Positions 37,189-51,197 of a stretch of DNA of 64,000 nt are shown here, piece after piece. Position 1 is the stretch's first letter, and each line of letters opens with the position of its first letter. The notes under the pieces were generated by a model. The model was not told the DNA's origin and ran no database searches. It saw only the letters and a program-made list of their open reading frames with translations. The translations under genes were made by a program, and so were the position numbers. The stretch is from contig CM119371.1 of the NCBI GenBank assembly GCA_051294905.1, forward strand, positions 11,472,001 to 11,536,000. The letters run 5' to 3'. The stretch comes from Botryllus schlosseri. Taxonomy: Eukaryota.

Positions 37189-38426
37189 CAGCGGTTCTCA
37201 AACTTTTTCGACACGCGCCCCCCTTGGCGATGGTCAAAAAAATCGCGCCCCCTCGCATGACCCGCCTTACATTTATCGTCATGTCAAAAAGAGCACGTCA
37301 TTTAATATAGAGGTGGGCAACCTTCTTGCTAATCATGGCCTCATTTCGATTACTTATGTAGCCTACGGCCGCATTCCAGGGCATAGCCGCAATGAACGAT
37401 CTGGACGCAAAATACCTATGGTAAACTGTCCATATCCATTCCCGGTGAACTCCGGACTATTCTACTTTTCACAGCGGCCTATTGTACGCACCGAAATCGC
37501 GAGTGGCAATGTTATGAATAGTTGCTGGTAGTGCATTTGTCGCGCTTTGCGCGAAAATTTTTCAGAGCCGCGAATGAATTGTTATTTTTTGAGGATTCCC
37601 ATTCCTACTCCAAGGAAGAAGGGCGCTACTGCAATAAAATCGAAAAATGAAGTCTTGTTGAATTGCGCGGAGCGCGAAGAAAATTTCAAGATTAAATAAA
37701 ATCTCTCGAAAATTCGGGAGTGAATTCATGATTGCAATTTGCATGTCTATGGCTGCCAAGACATACTAATTGAATTAGGCGTCGACGGCCCCACAAATTC
37801 CCTTCCACGGCCGCATGCGGCCGTACGCGCTGCCCACCCCTGATCTAATAGTATACATGAGGTATATCATACGCCACTTTTGAATCCGCATTCCAGTTGT
37901 TTAGTCTTTTGCATTGCCGACAAACTTCCCCAAACTTGTTTGAAAATAACAAAAAAAACATTGAAAAAGACATCAATCAATTTCAAGGTAGGTTGCACTG
38001 AGACTAGTCCTGATGCCGGGCAACCTATATTGGATCTAAGTATGTCTTCGGCAGTGCAGTTCGCCAGCTATCAACAACAGCTGCCTAGCGCACAGAGATT
38101 TAGGCTACTGCCAAAGCTATAAAGTAATGAATGACATGCACGTAGGAATTTCTCTAAATCTTCAAAGAATATCAAAATTTGCTCAAATGAAGTTGAAGCC
38201 AGCCTATACTCCGTTGAGCGCGACTGCTAGAGTTTAAGTTTGGCAAGCTTTCTACAATAGGAATTAAGTTTAATCTTCAATAATCGTCTCTTCAGAATGG
38301 TTGTGAAACACATGTTTAGTCACAATTTATACAGACATTGACAAAATTTACAAAAATTTCTCGCCCCCCCCTGAGAGCCTCCCGCGCCCCCCAAGCGGAG
38401 CACGCCCCCCAGGTCGAGAACCCCTG
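37189..38426. mobile_element. hAT MITE with a nested MITE (~37308-37842)
   Basis: CAGCGGTTCTC / GAGAACCCCTG termini and TSD CTCTAGTC. Confidence 0.85.
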
Positions 38427-39799
38427 CTCTAGTCCCTACCATGGATAGGTTGTCTGCCTAAATCCTTAGTTCGATAAAATTATGGACTCAATGATCAACT
38501 CATGCACTCGGGTTAAAGCTAGCAACTCGTTGGTGTGGCAGCGGCGTATCTCCTCTACAGACAGCGAATCCAGGCAGGATGTATTGAATGACGTTTTATG
38601 TCGTGTATTGGAGCTCATAGCAACAAATAGATCAGCTGGAAAGTGACTGTCTAATACGTGTCTCATTCATAACTCGTACCTTGCAACTTGAAATATAACG
38701 CAGAATCACGTATTAAACGTGTAACAGAGTGAAAGTGGTCTGTACTCTGCAGATACGAAACACGTTCTTGGGGATAGGTGGGTCGTTGAGGATCGGTGCA
38801 TCACCTTGATTGAATAATACAATGAACATTAACTGTACATAAGCTTGAATAACGTGTGAGCATATTGTTGACGTGCAATAATGATGACAATACGATGCCA
38901 AAATACCGTGACTAAAATGTACATGTATAATATATGCGCAATGCAAGAGCCTTGTGCGAAAGAACAATCCCTTCTTGTCCTTGTTTGCACTGGTTTTGTT
39001 TGTTTTTAACACAGTTAGCACCTTCATGCAGTTTGTAGTTTGAAGTAGGTTGCTAGGAGTATAAGCGAATTACCAACCGACGCAAATAAACCAATTGAAG
39101 CTATCACCAAGTGACTACTTCTGATAATTGATGTGAATTCCCATTGACCAGACTGTGTAGTGTCGTGATTATCGTTCTATATGTCTTCGTGTCCTTTAAC
39201 ATAATAAGAGTCGATATTGCTGTTCTGCGTCAATATACATTGTATGATGTTTGATTCCCTACTAATACGAACGTACTCGTTTGAACAAATCTTCGAACGA
39301 TGCTGGTTCACAGAGGCCTCTGCAATACCAGTTTAGGGCTCGTCACAAGATCGGGAAGTCGAACAAGGAGAAAAAGTATTAGATAATTTGGTCGAAGGTG
39401 GTGGTGGAGTCCTCTCGAGTATGTGCTCTGCAATCAGTGGTCCGTGGTACAGTGGTATGCCGAGAGAGTTTCGAAAGTCGAGAGCGACTTAACTTAAATT
39501 AGGATATATATTTGTTTGTTTTAGTGATTTTGCCATTCCGAAGGTAACTTTTGAAATTGTATAGAAGTAGAAGTAATGTTGAAAATCCATACCTAGTTAG
39601 AAGTGGATGTGGTGACTTTTAAAGTATGCATAAACTCTACCGGGCGGATAAAAAACAAGAAAGTACTCATACTCAGGTATGGCCTATGTAGTCCGGGTAA
39701 GCAGTATAGAAAGTCATCGCAGGCATGTATCAGTATATCAGCAATGATACAATTAGGCTTTTCGAAGTACGGAACTTCAATATTGCAGCAAACAATACG

Positions 39800-40600
39800 T
39801 TCATGTTGCCGTGGATAGGCGCAGCTTGTAACAGGTTCATGTTGCCGTGGATAGGCACAGCTTGTAACAGGTTTGAAAAACAGATCAAGTCCTCCGTGAG
39901 TCATTGTTTTCCACAAGTGGAACCTGGTGTCATATTTACTACGAAATCTTTTCTACCAGCAACGCGTAAGCATGTGCTTCCTGCGATTGATCAGAGTAGC
40001 ATAATCTACCAATACACGTGCCGATTCGACAGTCGGTATGTTGGTCGCACATCTCAGCGCTTGCAGCTACGAGTTTGTCAACACGTCCCACGTCAAATAA
40101 GGAATTCGCAGGGTGAAGACATGTATTCTTCATCATCACAGTCCCTACTTACCATGCGTGATTATGACCAAGTAACAGCGTGTAGGCTAATTCTGCCATC
40201 GGACAGCACCTCTTGAAACACCCAGAGTGTGCGAAACATAACAATAACAATCAGTTTTCCATAGTTTCTCGTGGTCGTTCTCTTTTTCATTTAAAGGTCC
40301 TTGAATCAACCATTTAAAGCTGCAAAATTCGATCCTCTGTCGTCAGAAGGAACATCTCTACCCGCTGGGAAACTTCCATCAGTGCTGTTTTGTCATTCGG
40401 CTGTTTTACAGCTGATTTTGTGTGTGTGTTGTACCGTAACCATGCGTTGTTTACTGCTGTTCGCGACTCAGTGTACTTGCCATTATTGCGTCACAACGAC
40501 AAAATTATTTCTATATTTCGAACTTGGCCTCATTCAATGGCGTTCATTCCTGAAGAGAGTCAGTCGAAAAGCTTCGAGTGGAATAAATTTGGAAACATGA
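39800..40600 (+). mobile_element. Penelope-like element 3' fragment (GIY-YIG endonuclease remnant)
   Basis: SSIIYQYTCRFDSRYVGRTSQRLQLRVCQH, then frameshifted SAIGQHL..C..F..LKVLES, followed by a hammerhead motif and AATAAA. Confidence 0.85.
40543..40582 (+). ncRNA. Minimal type I hammerhead ribozyme
   Basis: TTCATTC-CTGAAGA-GAgtcagTC-GAAA-AGCT-TC-GAGTGGA: conserved core, 7-bp stem I (two G-U pairs) and palindromic AAGCTT stem III. Confidence 0.75.
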
Positions 40601-40766
40601 ACATATTGTTTGCTGCAGTAATGACACAATTCAAATTACCTCAAGCATCTTCGTGACTAACGCTGGGGATGGGTGAGATAGCTTAATTGTGGGTCTGCAT
40701 GTCCTAGTTGTTATGGCACGTTTACGCGAGACAGGGATGCAAACCTTTCAACAAACTACTTTCTAC

Positions 40767-41737
40767 CAGTGTTGGGATGACTCGAGTCATGACTTGACTC
40801 GAGTCAGACTCGAGTCACCTTTTTCGTATGACTTGACTTGACTCGAGTCACTTTGCTAAAATGACTTGACTTGACTTGACTTGACTCGGCGTATCAGAAA
40901 AACGGATTGACTCGTGACTCGGAGCAAAATTCACGAGTCAATTTCGAGTCATCAAGCAATCGACATCGATAAAAATCATTGTGTCTTGCATATGTTCGGA
41001 TTGTACGCGAAACGCTGGTGTAGCCCGTGAAAGCGACCAATCATTCAATGGTCGTGCTTTTTACTGGAACCTCCATTATTCTCACACATATAAATTGATC
41101 GGAAACGAAGTGATCGAAGCTTACAGCTTACGCTGTTGTACACTAGTATAGTAAAGTAATTTGATAGCAAAATGTCTATTTCTGTTCTCTGTTCTTAACT
41201 TAACCAAACCTCTTGTTTTATTGAAATTGAATTCCAATATAGTTTCTATAGTCCTCAGCCATTAGCGCAGGCCCGAATTTTATCATATCAATCTGTAACT
41301 GGGTAATGTATTGTTTCTCTATTCTCGATTTTGGCTGGTAACTATAATCCGAGGCTATGCTACTACTTATGTAGTTTAGCATTTCTACGTATATGTGAGC
41401 AATAAAGCGTCTTCTTGCGTTTATATTTAACTCTATATTCGTTCATGAGTCCAGAATCAATGACCACCCAATCTTTATTTCTGACAGCTAGCAAAATGCA
41501 ATGACGTAAGCATGCCTTGTACTTCGAAAAGGCAACTTGACTTGAATTATGACTTGACTCGTGACTTGACTTGACTTGACTTGACTCGACTTGACTAGAG
41601 TCACCTCCAAAAATCGAGTGACTTGACTTGACTCGAGTCACCTTCGAAAATCGATTGACTTGACTTGACTCGAGTCAAAATGTGCAATGACTCGAAATGA
41701 CTCGTGACTCGAAGGTAGTGACTTGATCCAAACACTG
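40767..41737. mobile_element. hAT MITE with GACTT/GACTC subterminal arrays
   Basis: CAGTGTTGGGAT / ATCCAAACACTG termini and TSD CTTTCTAC. Partial copies at ~12478-13045 and ~21827-21952. Confidence 0.9.
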
Positions 41738-41844
41738 CTTTCTACTTGATATCCCTTAAGATGGACGGGTGGATTGAACAATACCAAGAGACAATGGTTT
41801 TCAATTTATTACGAAGGGATGTTTATAGACTGGCTAGTATAGAC

Positions 41845-43328
41845 TAGGGTTGCCATACGTTCGGAATTTCCCGGACATGTCCGGAATTTCACTGAAAAAT
41901 CTGCGTCCGGGAGGAATTTCTAAAATATGCCTAAATGTCCGGAATTTTGAAGGCTAACATAAACAATATCATTTTTAAGCAGATTTATGCTATTCAAAAT
42001 TCTTTCTTCGCGCAGCGCGCGAGTTAATGTAACATATATTGATATTAGTATGGACACCAGGCACCACCCTCCCAAATTAGCAATGAAAATAAATATAAAT
42101 AACCATCATATACTGAAATAAGTCTGATTGTAATCGCAATTATAAGCTAACGGTAAATTACTAGAGTTGGTTACAAGGCCGATTGGATGCTTCAGTCACA
42201 GACAGTGGTTCCGAATCTTGAGGTCGTTTTCCTTTATCTGGAGATCGCGATGATTTTGGACGTATAATCAACTTCCTATGCCGTAACTTTGGGCAAGCTG
42301 ATTTTTTTAGTAATCAGCTTATCAAGTTTGGAGCTGGGCCACGGAACATTTTGAAGTTGGAAATGAGGTCGCGACCATAAAAAGTTGGAAATCACCGGAT
42401 GTGCTACCTGCTAGTGCATTTTATAGTAGCCTAATATATGGAATAATCAATAATATTGATAGAAGTCATTCAAAAAATGCAGCAGCAAAATGCATATTGT
42501 AAGAGCCCAAGAAGTTACATCGACTACCGTATGTGGGGCCCAAGATCAGTGTTCTTTTTACGGCGTAAGGGGGCAGAAAAAATGTTGTTTCGGACCTGAT
42601 TAAAACACATACCCAGATAGCGGCACCGACCTAACAGCATAGCAGGGCTGCCAAACACAATCCCGAAAGGCCAGACGCGGCCCGCCAGACGATTTCATCC
42701 GAACCGTGGAGAAATCTATTGCAGACCCTAGCCAGTAGCAATCACCAGAGCCCGCATTACAGATGGCCCAATTCATGACAAATGTTCCTCTCCATTCCTG
42801 TATACCAAGTACCATTTCGAGTTTTTATGCAGTGCTCGCGTACCACCTACATAAGATAAGCGCGCCGAATGTGGTAAAAATGTTTCCACCGTGTTGAGGT
42901 GCATTTTAAGGCGCAGTAGATGATTTCTGTAGTGGATCCATTTCAAATTATTGTGGTCAAATATACTAAAACGAAATTTGGTTAGGTAAGAAACCCAATG
43001 CTTTACGACTAGATCTCTTCGCCGTAGGCCGTCACTTGCGCGATAGCCCCTACCAACGACGACGACCTTACCACGACGACGGCGGCTTCGAAAACTCAAA
43101 ATCAACCCGACTTTAACCAATAACTCCCTTCGGTCGAAAAAAACAGAATCTACTCGCGTACCACCTCGAAGACCTTCGCGTAACATTACCACTGCTGTAT
43201 ACAGTCGATGGCCAATGCTTTGCTAGTGTGACGTCATATTGACAGACAATATGTCACCTCATTTTCAAATCCGCTAGTGGGCGCTAAAGGGTGTCCGGAA
43301 TTTGCTTCACAAGAATATGGTAACCCTA
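41845..43328. mobile_element. hAT (Blackjack-like) non-autonomous element
   Basis: TAGGGTTGCCATA / TATGGTAACCCTA termini and TSD GTATAGAC. Confidence 0.85.
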
Positions 43329-44094
43329 GTATAGACTAACTGGCTCATGACATTTTCTGGGCGCATGACTCGAACCAAGTCATATGACTCGAGACTCAGA
43401 CGGCCAAGACCGACATTTCATTGTAATTTCAAAGGATAGTAACCACACTATTGAGATTTCGTCTGTTGGTACTGGTACTTGAAAACGCTTAAAGTGAAGA
43501 AAATACTTTATCATAAATGCGAACCATTCGATATAACCAAACAGAGTTATAATAAGTCGGCTTAACAAGACTTCAACTGGAAACTGAGCAGTCAACACAA
43601 TGACTTGGACTCGGACTCGCGTCATAATGCCATGACTCGGACTTGACCCTCTGCTCGCTGACTTGGACTCGGATTTGACTCGGGGTTGAATTGAAAGTGA
43701 CTCGACTCGACTCGACTTGACTCGAGTCAAAACCATTGAAGTGAGATTGACTTGTGACTCGGAGCCTTGTGACTTGGTTACGAATTTGATGGCAGGTGAC
43801 TTTTAGTCCTAAGTTCAGGCTATCTAACGAGTGTAAGATGCTTATGAAGTCTTTACTTTTTCGCAATATCAAGGTTCAGACTAGAGACACACTAAAGCTG
43901 TTCCATATTGTTAGATAAGCTACGATACCGGCGGGCGCGATGGTAATAGATACGGGCTAATCCTTGTCGACTCGATCCTACGCAATTCCTACATATAACT
44001 GGAATCTAATCATGGTGTACTTACAACATCCACCTTTTACTACTCTCACACGGGCCCACCTTGATTTGATCCTAAACTAGGATCATCATATTTT

Positions 44095-45545
44095 TGCGAA
44101 GTCAATTCCGGACACTCTTTAGCACCCACTAGCGGATTTTAAAATGAGTTGTAACATATTGTCCGTCAATATGACGTCACAATAGCAAAGCATTGCCCAT
44201 CGACTGTTTGAATTGGACCATCTGTAATGTGAGCTTTGGTGATTGCTACTTGCTAAGATCTGCAATAGATTTCTTCCACGGGCCGGATGAAATCGTCGGG
44301 CGGACCGTGTCTGGCCTGTCAGGATTCTGTTTGACAGCCCTGCTATACTGTTAGGTCGGTGCGACTATCTGTTTATGTGTTTTATTCAGGTCCGAAACAA
44401 CGTTTTTTCTGACCCCTTCCGCCCAAAAGAGCACTGATCTTTGGCCACCATAGGGTAGTCGATGTAACGTGTCGTGTGCTTACTATTAGGGCTGGGCACA
44501 ATGATTCGAGTACTCGAATCTGATTCGAGTATTAATTTTAATGATTCGAGTCGAGTACTAAAACACGATTTTTTTCGAGTATTATACGCTCCTTGCCACT
44601 GAAAGGTAATTTTTCAAAGAGAATTGTATTTTCAATACTAATTTTCGCTATTGATGCCTTGAAACCTTGATTGGCCGCATCGTAGCATACGAAACATATA
44701 GTACAAAGCTACGAACGCTACTGGAAATAGCACATTTTCGAAGTCATGATCTTCCCACAGCATTGTCACCAATTGCAATGAAATCGCTGTCGTCGAAAAA
44801 ATACCAAGGTATGTTTAATGTAATGGATAACAGGCATTATATTTTTTGTGGTCGCATAAAAGATATGTATTTGAACTTTGACAACTTACATTCTGTTATG
44901 ACGTCATAATGAGTGATACTCGATTACTCGACTCGACTCGAAGCATTTAACGTGATTCAGAATCGAATCACTCAGGTACTCGATTTTGCCCAGCCCTACT
45001 TACTATATGCAATTGACTGTTGAACTTTATGTTTGAATTCTGTCAATAATGTGTATTCTTCCATATATTAGGCTATTATAAAATGCACCAGCAGGTTGCA
45101 CATCCGGTGATTTCCAACCTTTCGTGGTCGCGTCCTCATTTCCAACTTGACAATGTTTCGTGGCAAAGCTCGAAGCTTGATAAGCTGATTACTAAAGAAT
45201 GTTCAGCTTGCCTAAACTTAAGGCCTAGCAAGCTGATTACGTCCAAAGTCTTCGGGATCCCCAGATAAAGGCAAACGACCTCAAGATTTGGAACCATCAC
45301 TGTCTGTGACTGAAGCATCCAATCGGCCTTAACCAACTCTAGGAGTAAACCGTTAGCTTACAATTGCGATTACACTCAGACTTATTTCAGTAAATGATGG
45401 TTATTTATTTTGATTGCATTTTTGACGAGGGTGGTGCCTGATGCCCATACTAATATCATTATACGATGCATTACCTCGCGCGCGGCGCGAAGAAGAGTTT
45501 TGAATAGCATAAATCTGCTTAAAAATAATATTGTTTATGTCGATT
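44095..45545 (-). mobile_element. Inverted, end-truncated copy of the 41845-43328 family
   Basis: Reverse-complement similarity to 41955-43305. Confidence 0.75.
44487..44998. mobile_element. hAT MITE (Ac-like)
   Basis: TAGGGCTGGGCA / TGCCCAGCCCTA termini and TSD CTTACTAT. Confidence 0.9.
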
Positions 45546-46287
45546 TACGAAAAACTTTTGAGCGTGATGTTTACGCGCAGTCTTTACTAACGGTTTCTAT
45601 ACGCCCGACATGGAGCCAGAGGTAAAAGAACTTGTTGACGACTTTGACCGATAACAGATGTCTCTTTGCCTTCAACAGCTATTGAAGTACATTGCGTCAA
45701 TAAATTCATTAAATACTGTTGGTATATATATGGTCTGCTTTAAACTTGAACTTTACATTAAATACGATTTACTGCTTGTACAGGTGGATGAACATACGAT
45801 TAATGTGTCGATTCAGGAATCGAGCGGGCCCGCCAAATACTTCATTTTCTCATATCCGGCCCACTGACTGGAGTTGTTTCCGGCCCCTGGTCTATAGCCT
45901 ACAAACTTGCATCGATTATAATATTGCAACGGTGTAGTCTCAATCCGCATCAAAGTAGCCTGGGTGATATTACTAGATGGAAGACGATGTTAAACTATAA
46001 GGTGTCGTTCGAGATTCAATTTGTCGTAACAAAGAAAATCCTTTCACAATGTAAAGGTACGTACTTTGACGGTATGAGGGTAAGGGTATTTACTAATAAT
46101 GAAAGAAAATAAGTTACCATGAAGGATTCACCTATAGATCTCGCACATAGTATTTCATATTTCATTGAATGATATCCTGACAAGCTATCGCGTATTCATA
46201 TAGAAAGATAATGGCTCTTTCTGATCAAAACAAACGACTCACGCCCACATGATTGTCATTGCAATCAAAGCAATATAACACGTACAG

Positions 46288-47496
46288 CAGGGGTTCTCAA
46301 CCCGCGGCCCGCGGGCCGCATGCGGCCCGCAGACGCTTATTCTGTGGCCCGCGAGATATTTCGATATGATCGCAAGCTACTTAAGCTCTCTTATCGCACC
46401 GTCTCTGTTTCGTTTGATTTATTCTCATTCTTCAATCTCTTCTGGTTTCTTGATATATGGTGGGGTTTAGATTCTCATTGTTTTGAATAGGTCTTCGGAT
46501 AGTTCCATCTGGAGTTATACATATCACCTGATCTTAGAAAAAAGCGTTGCTAGCTAGGTCTCAGGTCCAGCAATCCTTATTTTGAGGCATTGTTGAGATT
46601 GCCGACGACGTTAAAGACGCATGGTTCAAAATTGCTTGTTATATCGCTAAGCCCACGAAATCTGCTAGATAAGGTGTGTTTTCAACAAAACGTTACTATA
46701 CTGTGCGAATCTCCGCTTTTTCCGGAATTTAGCAGCAATGACAACTTCACCTAACAAATTTCGAAGCTGCAGTTGTCTGATTCAACCGTGACAAGAAGAG
46801 TAACAGCAATGTCAATTGATCTTTTGTCGCACGCTTTGAAACACGTTGCCGCGTAGACTACTTTAACCTAAGCATTGGACAGAATCCACGGACATTGCAA
46901 CGCTAATTGTATTGGAGTATTCTATCGGAGTGGATATATTTGTAGAGGTAATGCTGGCCGGGTAAACGTGGGGAGAGGGGACTAGCAAACGACATCAACT
47001 TGACAAAGCTGGCTTCTGTAACTACTGGTGCAGGGCATAAGCCAGGAAAGGAAAGGAGAAGGGTTGATTGGTTTGCTCAGAAATTATCCCGAACATGAGA
47101 CTTCTTCTCATATCACTGAGAGCTCAAAGTGACAATGGCCTCTGTAACGAATAGGTACCGTAATTTTGTACTTGCTCGCTCACGCATTGAAACAAAAAGT
47201 TCAGTTCTCTGCTGCAAGGTTTTGAAGGTGCACCCGTCTTAGGAACGAATGCAATGCACGCTTCATGAAGGGATTTACTTCCGTCGGAGGATGACATAAT
47301 CCCACTAGAAACAGCAACGGAAAGCTCACGAACGCTGTCCCTTAATGCTGTAGAATGCATACAAATGTACTAAAATACACATTTACGACTGGTTAGCCTA
47401 GCAGTCCACAAATATATGGTAATAATATTCTGCGGCCCGCAGCGTCTTTTGCTGTTAAGATGCGGCCCGTTATGCTAGGAAAGTTGAGAACCCCTG
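46288..47496 (+). mobile_element. hAT Buster/SPIN-like deletion derivative with transposase remnants
   Basis: CAGGGGTTCTCAAC / GTTGAGAACCCCTG termini and TSD ACGTACAG. Decayed LQLSDSTVTRRV and ALD-ESTDI motifs at ~46765-46900. Confidence 0.8.
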
Positions 47497-50400
47497 ACGT
47501 ACAGGGTTGTAACCAAATCACATGGTTCCGAGTCACGAGTCAATCTTACTTTTGTGGCTTTGACTCGAGTCAAGTCGAGTCACTTTCAATTCATCGTCGA
47601 GTCCGAGTCCAAGTCATCGTTTAAAGGGTCAGGTCCGAGTCATAGTGTTATGACTAGGGCCATTTAAAGTCATTAAATTCATATTTTTTTCTATGCATCA
47701 GTAAGTCGTGAAATCAATTTTAACGCGAAAACCACGTCCCTATGGGTTATATTAAGAAAGTTATAAAGTCATATAAAGTCATATTTTCTTGGTTATGTCA
47801 TATTTGAGTTATAAAGTCATATTGTTGTATACTTTAAATAAAAAGTGCCAATTTAAGCGGTGAAGCAATTAAGCACTAAAGCACTAAGAAAGTAGGGCAA
47901 TTTCTGATTGAACGAAGGCAAGCTTTAAGGTTAGCCTACATAGCACCACAGTCACAGACCTATGAGGTCACACATTGCATTGTGTTGCTATACAATCTGT
48001 TGTACTTCTGTGCACTGAAGTAGGACGTCATTTGAAGTTCAGTCAGTGGGTAGACAGGCTAACAGGCACTATCTTGGTCTACTTATATACAAATACATTC
48101 GGATTTGAATAAAATAGTATTTACGGTGGGCACTGCTATAATAAATAATTGAAGAATTGGTCACCGAAATATGCCTCCACTACAACAATATTTCAAACTT
48201 GATACTGAAAATGGAAAGTTGTAAGTACACCATCAGAGAGGCTAATGCTGATCTAAATGCCCTTGATTTCAGAAAAAAAATCCGCTTGAGCTGAAAAATT
48301 TTATTTAACCGTTTCGCACCGGCGTGTCTATTTTTCGACATGCCGGTACGAGAGAAGAGTACCGTAATTGAAACCACGATATATTACATATTAATCGTTC
48401 TAGGTCGTTGCTGTTCATTTCTGTGAATAGATATTGTTCGTACAAGTTCATTGATACCTTGTAATTTGATATTTATTATATCGAAGACGTCAAAATCGTA
48501 TATCAAACGCCGTAGATAAATATGTTGCAAAATACACTGTGTCGGCAATTTGCGCGTCATTGACCACTCTCATATAACGTTCTGTATGTTTCGTTCTAGC
48601 CGTCTTCGGGCATAGTTGTTTCATTATGTGAATAGCTAGTGTCCATACAAGTCCACACGTATCTTCATATCTGATATTAGTTACACCTAAGCTGATCAAA
48701 AGCTATGTGATAGGCCGCGTGACAAAAATATCCGCCGACGCATCATTTCGCAGACACGCGCGTTCCTCATACCCGCCATATACACTGTCGTTTAGTTGGT
48801 TTTATTCGTCATAACCAGCTGTAGTTTGTTGCAATGAATAGCGATTGTCAGTTTCTGTTTATATTTTGCTAAAGCAACTATACTAGTTAGTTCTATACCG
48901 CTCAAGGTTTCATTTGAAAACCGGGAAGCGAATTCCGTCAGACTACCGTACCAGCTTCAAGCACATGGCTGAATACCCGTCACATACCGTGAAATATATC
49001 GTGTTCTGATAGCCATAAACATTCATAGATTGTGTCTGTGAATTGTTGTAGCCTATATGATTCTAAATAACGGCTAATGATAAAGTATAATTCGGAATAC
49101 ATACAATATTACTCAGCGATAATACCTACGCAAAAGCGTGCGTCAGTAGTGAGGGTTTCGACCTTATAGACCGTCCAATCAGAGAGCGCCACGTCATCCT
49201 AATTGCCACACCCATTTTCATGCCCTGAGGGTACATTCATCTGCTACGTCATCTGTGCCACATCATCAAGCGCCACGCCTATAGTGCCACATCATCCATC
49301 CATTGCTATATCATCGCTGCATTGATTGCCGCATCTTGATACTTTTCTCAGATATTGTATTATGTGTATTTAGGACTAATATCATCCGTCCATATTTTTT
49401 AAACTTTATTTTATGTGTACAAGTTACGGTTTCTGCAGTTTCCACATTTTACGACTTATGATTGCCGCGTCAAATCTTACCTTGGCTAGAATCGACAGAT
49501 TTTCTATTATGTGTATTTAGGACTATGTATTTAAATTCCTATTCAGATTATACATAAATGCGAAAACTATGATGTCTATGCAAGGCTATATTCTCCGGAT
49601 AATATTATTAATATCAAAATTCTACACATCATCACTAATTACTTAATATAAAATGCGATTTTGAGCGCTGCGACTTGATAATATGAATCCCTACGCTTCT
49701 GATGCATGATTTTTTGTGATAAGGACCTAGGTAACATTCAGAGTCTGCAACGATTGTTTGGATATACATTATAGCAATACCCCACTAAACTATAGGCGGT
49801 TATATTACTCTATTGGTCAGAGATAACTCATCCGTCCATATTTTTAAACTTGATTTTATGTATACAAGTTACGGTCTCTGCAGCCTCCACATTTTACGAC
49901 TTATTTTCATTAGACGCAGGCAAGCGATTCTCCAGTTCGTAGCTACGGAAACAAATCACTCGCATGTGCGCGTTCCGAATAGTCTTGTAGAATTTTCTAA
50001 AGTCGTAACAGCTTAGCAGCAATACGCGAATCCCCAGGCGAAAATAATCGAACGAACTATAGCCGCAGGCGTGCGATTCGCGGGGCTTTAATTATATAAA
50101 CACTTTCGATACCTGTACGCGAACCCCAGCGTTATAACGATTAGGTCTAATTAGCACGTTCTGAAGCCGTAAATTTAGTCAACATCATTGAGATAGCCAT
50201 GAATTAAAGATGGTAATCGAGTGTGACAATAGCACTCGTCAAGGTTAGACAAACATAACCTTAAACTACTCTCTACTTCACAAAATATAAAGTTATAAAA
50301 GTAAGCAGATTTCTATGAAAACCCGTTATCGTTACGTAGAAGTGGGGTTAGTCTACGAACATAACCACTTACTTACTTTGAAATCTCTACTTGTATTCGA

Positions 50401-51197
50401 GCGGAATTGCGACCGATGCATTAATGACTTTAATACTCTATATTTTAAATTATCATCGCAAAGTGCACGAATTTCCATGTTGATCAAATAATACGAACTT
50501 TGCTTGCTTTCAGAGTAGAGCTTTGTAAAGTAGATCTTTTTGGTGTTGGACTCAAGTTCCAATGAACAAGTGTTCACGTAGCTTCGAGGTCTGAATGAGT
50601 CTTTTAAAGTAGATAAAAACGACAAAAACTAACCGAAAGAATTTACGAAGTTTGGATGCGCCATATTTAGGTTTTTAAAAATTATTCATACCCATGATTC
50701 GAAATATTGTTAACTAACTTATGTTTTCGACATAAGATAAGCGTCAAGTGTACAAATTTCGATGTTGCGCAAATACCACAAACTTTGCTTGCTTTCAGAG
50801 CCGGCAACTAAATGCAAGACAGACTTTACGCAAAAAGTTGATATTCTGAACATTTTATCAAGTTAATAGTTTAAAAACTTATACTTGAGCACTACGAAAT
50901 GTACAAGTACTTTACCTTTACACGACGTTTTTTGTAAAATGAATACTAATTTTATTAAGAAAACTATGGGAATGAGGTATTAGAAAATACCAATTCGAGA
51001 GGTTCTCTACTAGATAGTGCATAGCTTTCTCCATCGCCTATACCTGATGCTGTCGGATAAGTTTATGACACTGACACCTCTCATCCAGAGCAATGAAAAA
51101 AGTACATTCCAACATTTTATTATCACTAAATTTCTACTAAAGTACAGGAAGTGCAGATCTCCAACAAGTGAAAAAGTACGTATTAAAGGTATAGTTT

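Noticed and set aside
38466..39490. Host gene exons on the minus strand
   Set aside because: Candidate splice sites gave in-frame stops or an implausibly short intron, and no protein similarity was recognisable.
40767..41737. GACTT/GACTCGAGTC arrays as CRISPR or satellite DNA
   Set aside because: There is no repeat-spacer periodicity and no cas gene. They are subterminal repeats of hAT MITEs bounded by TIRs and a TSD.
47124..47360. 78-aa minus-strand ORF as a gene
   Set aside because: It lies antisense within a decayed hAT transposase remnant.
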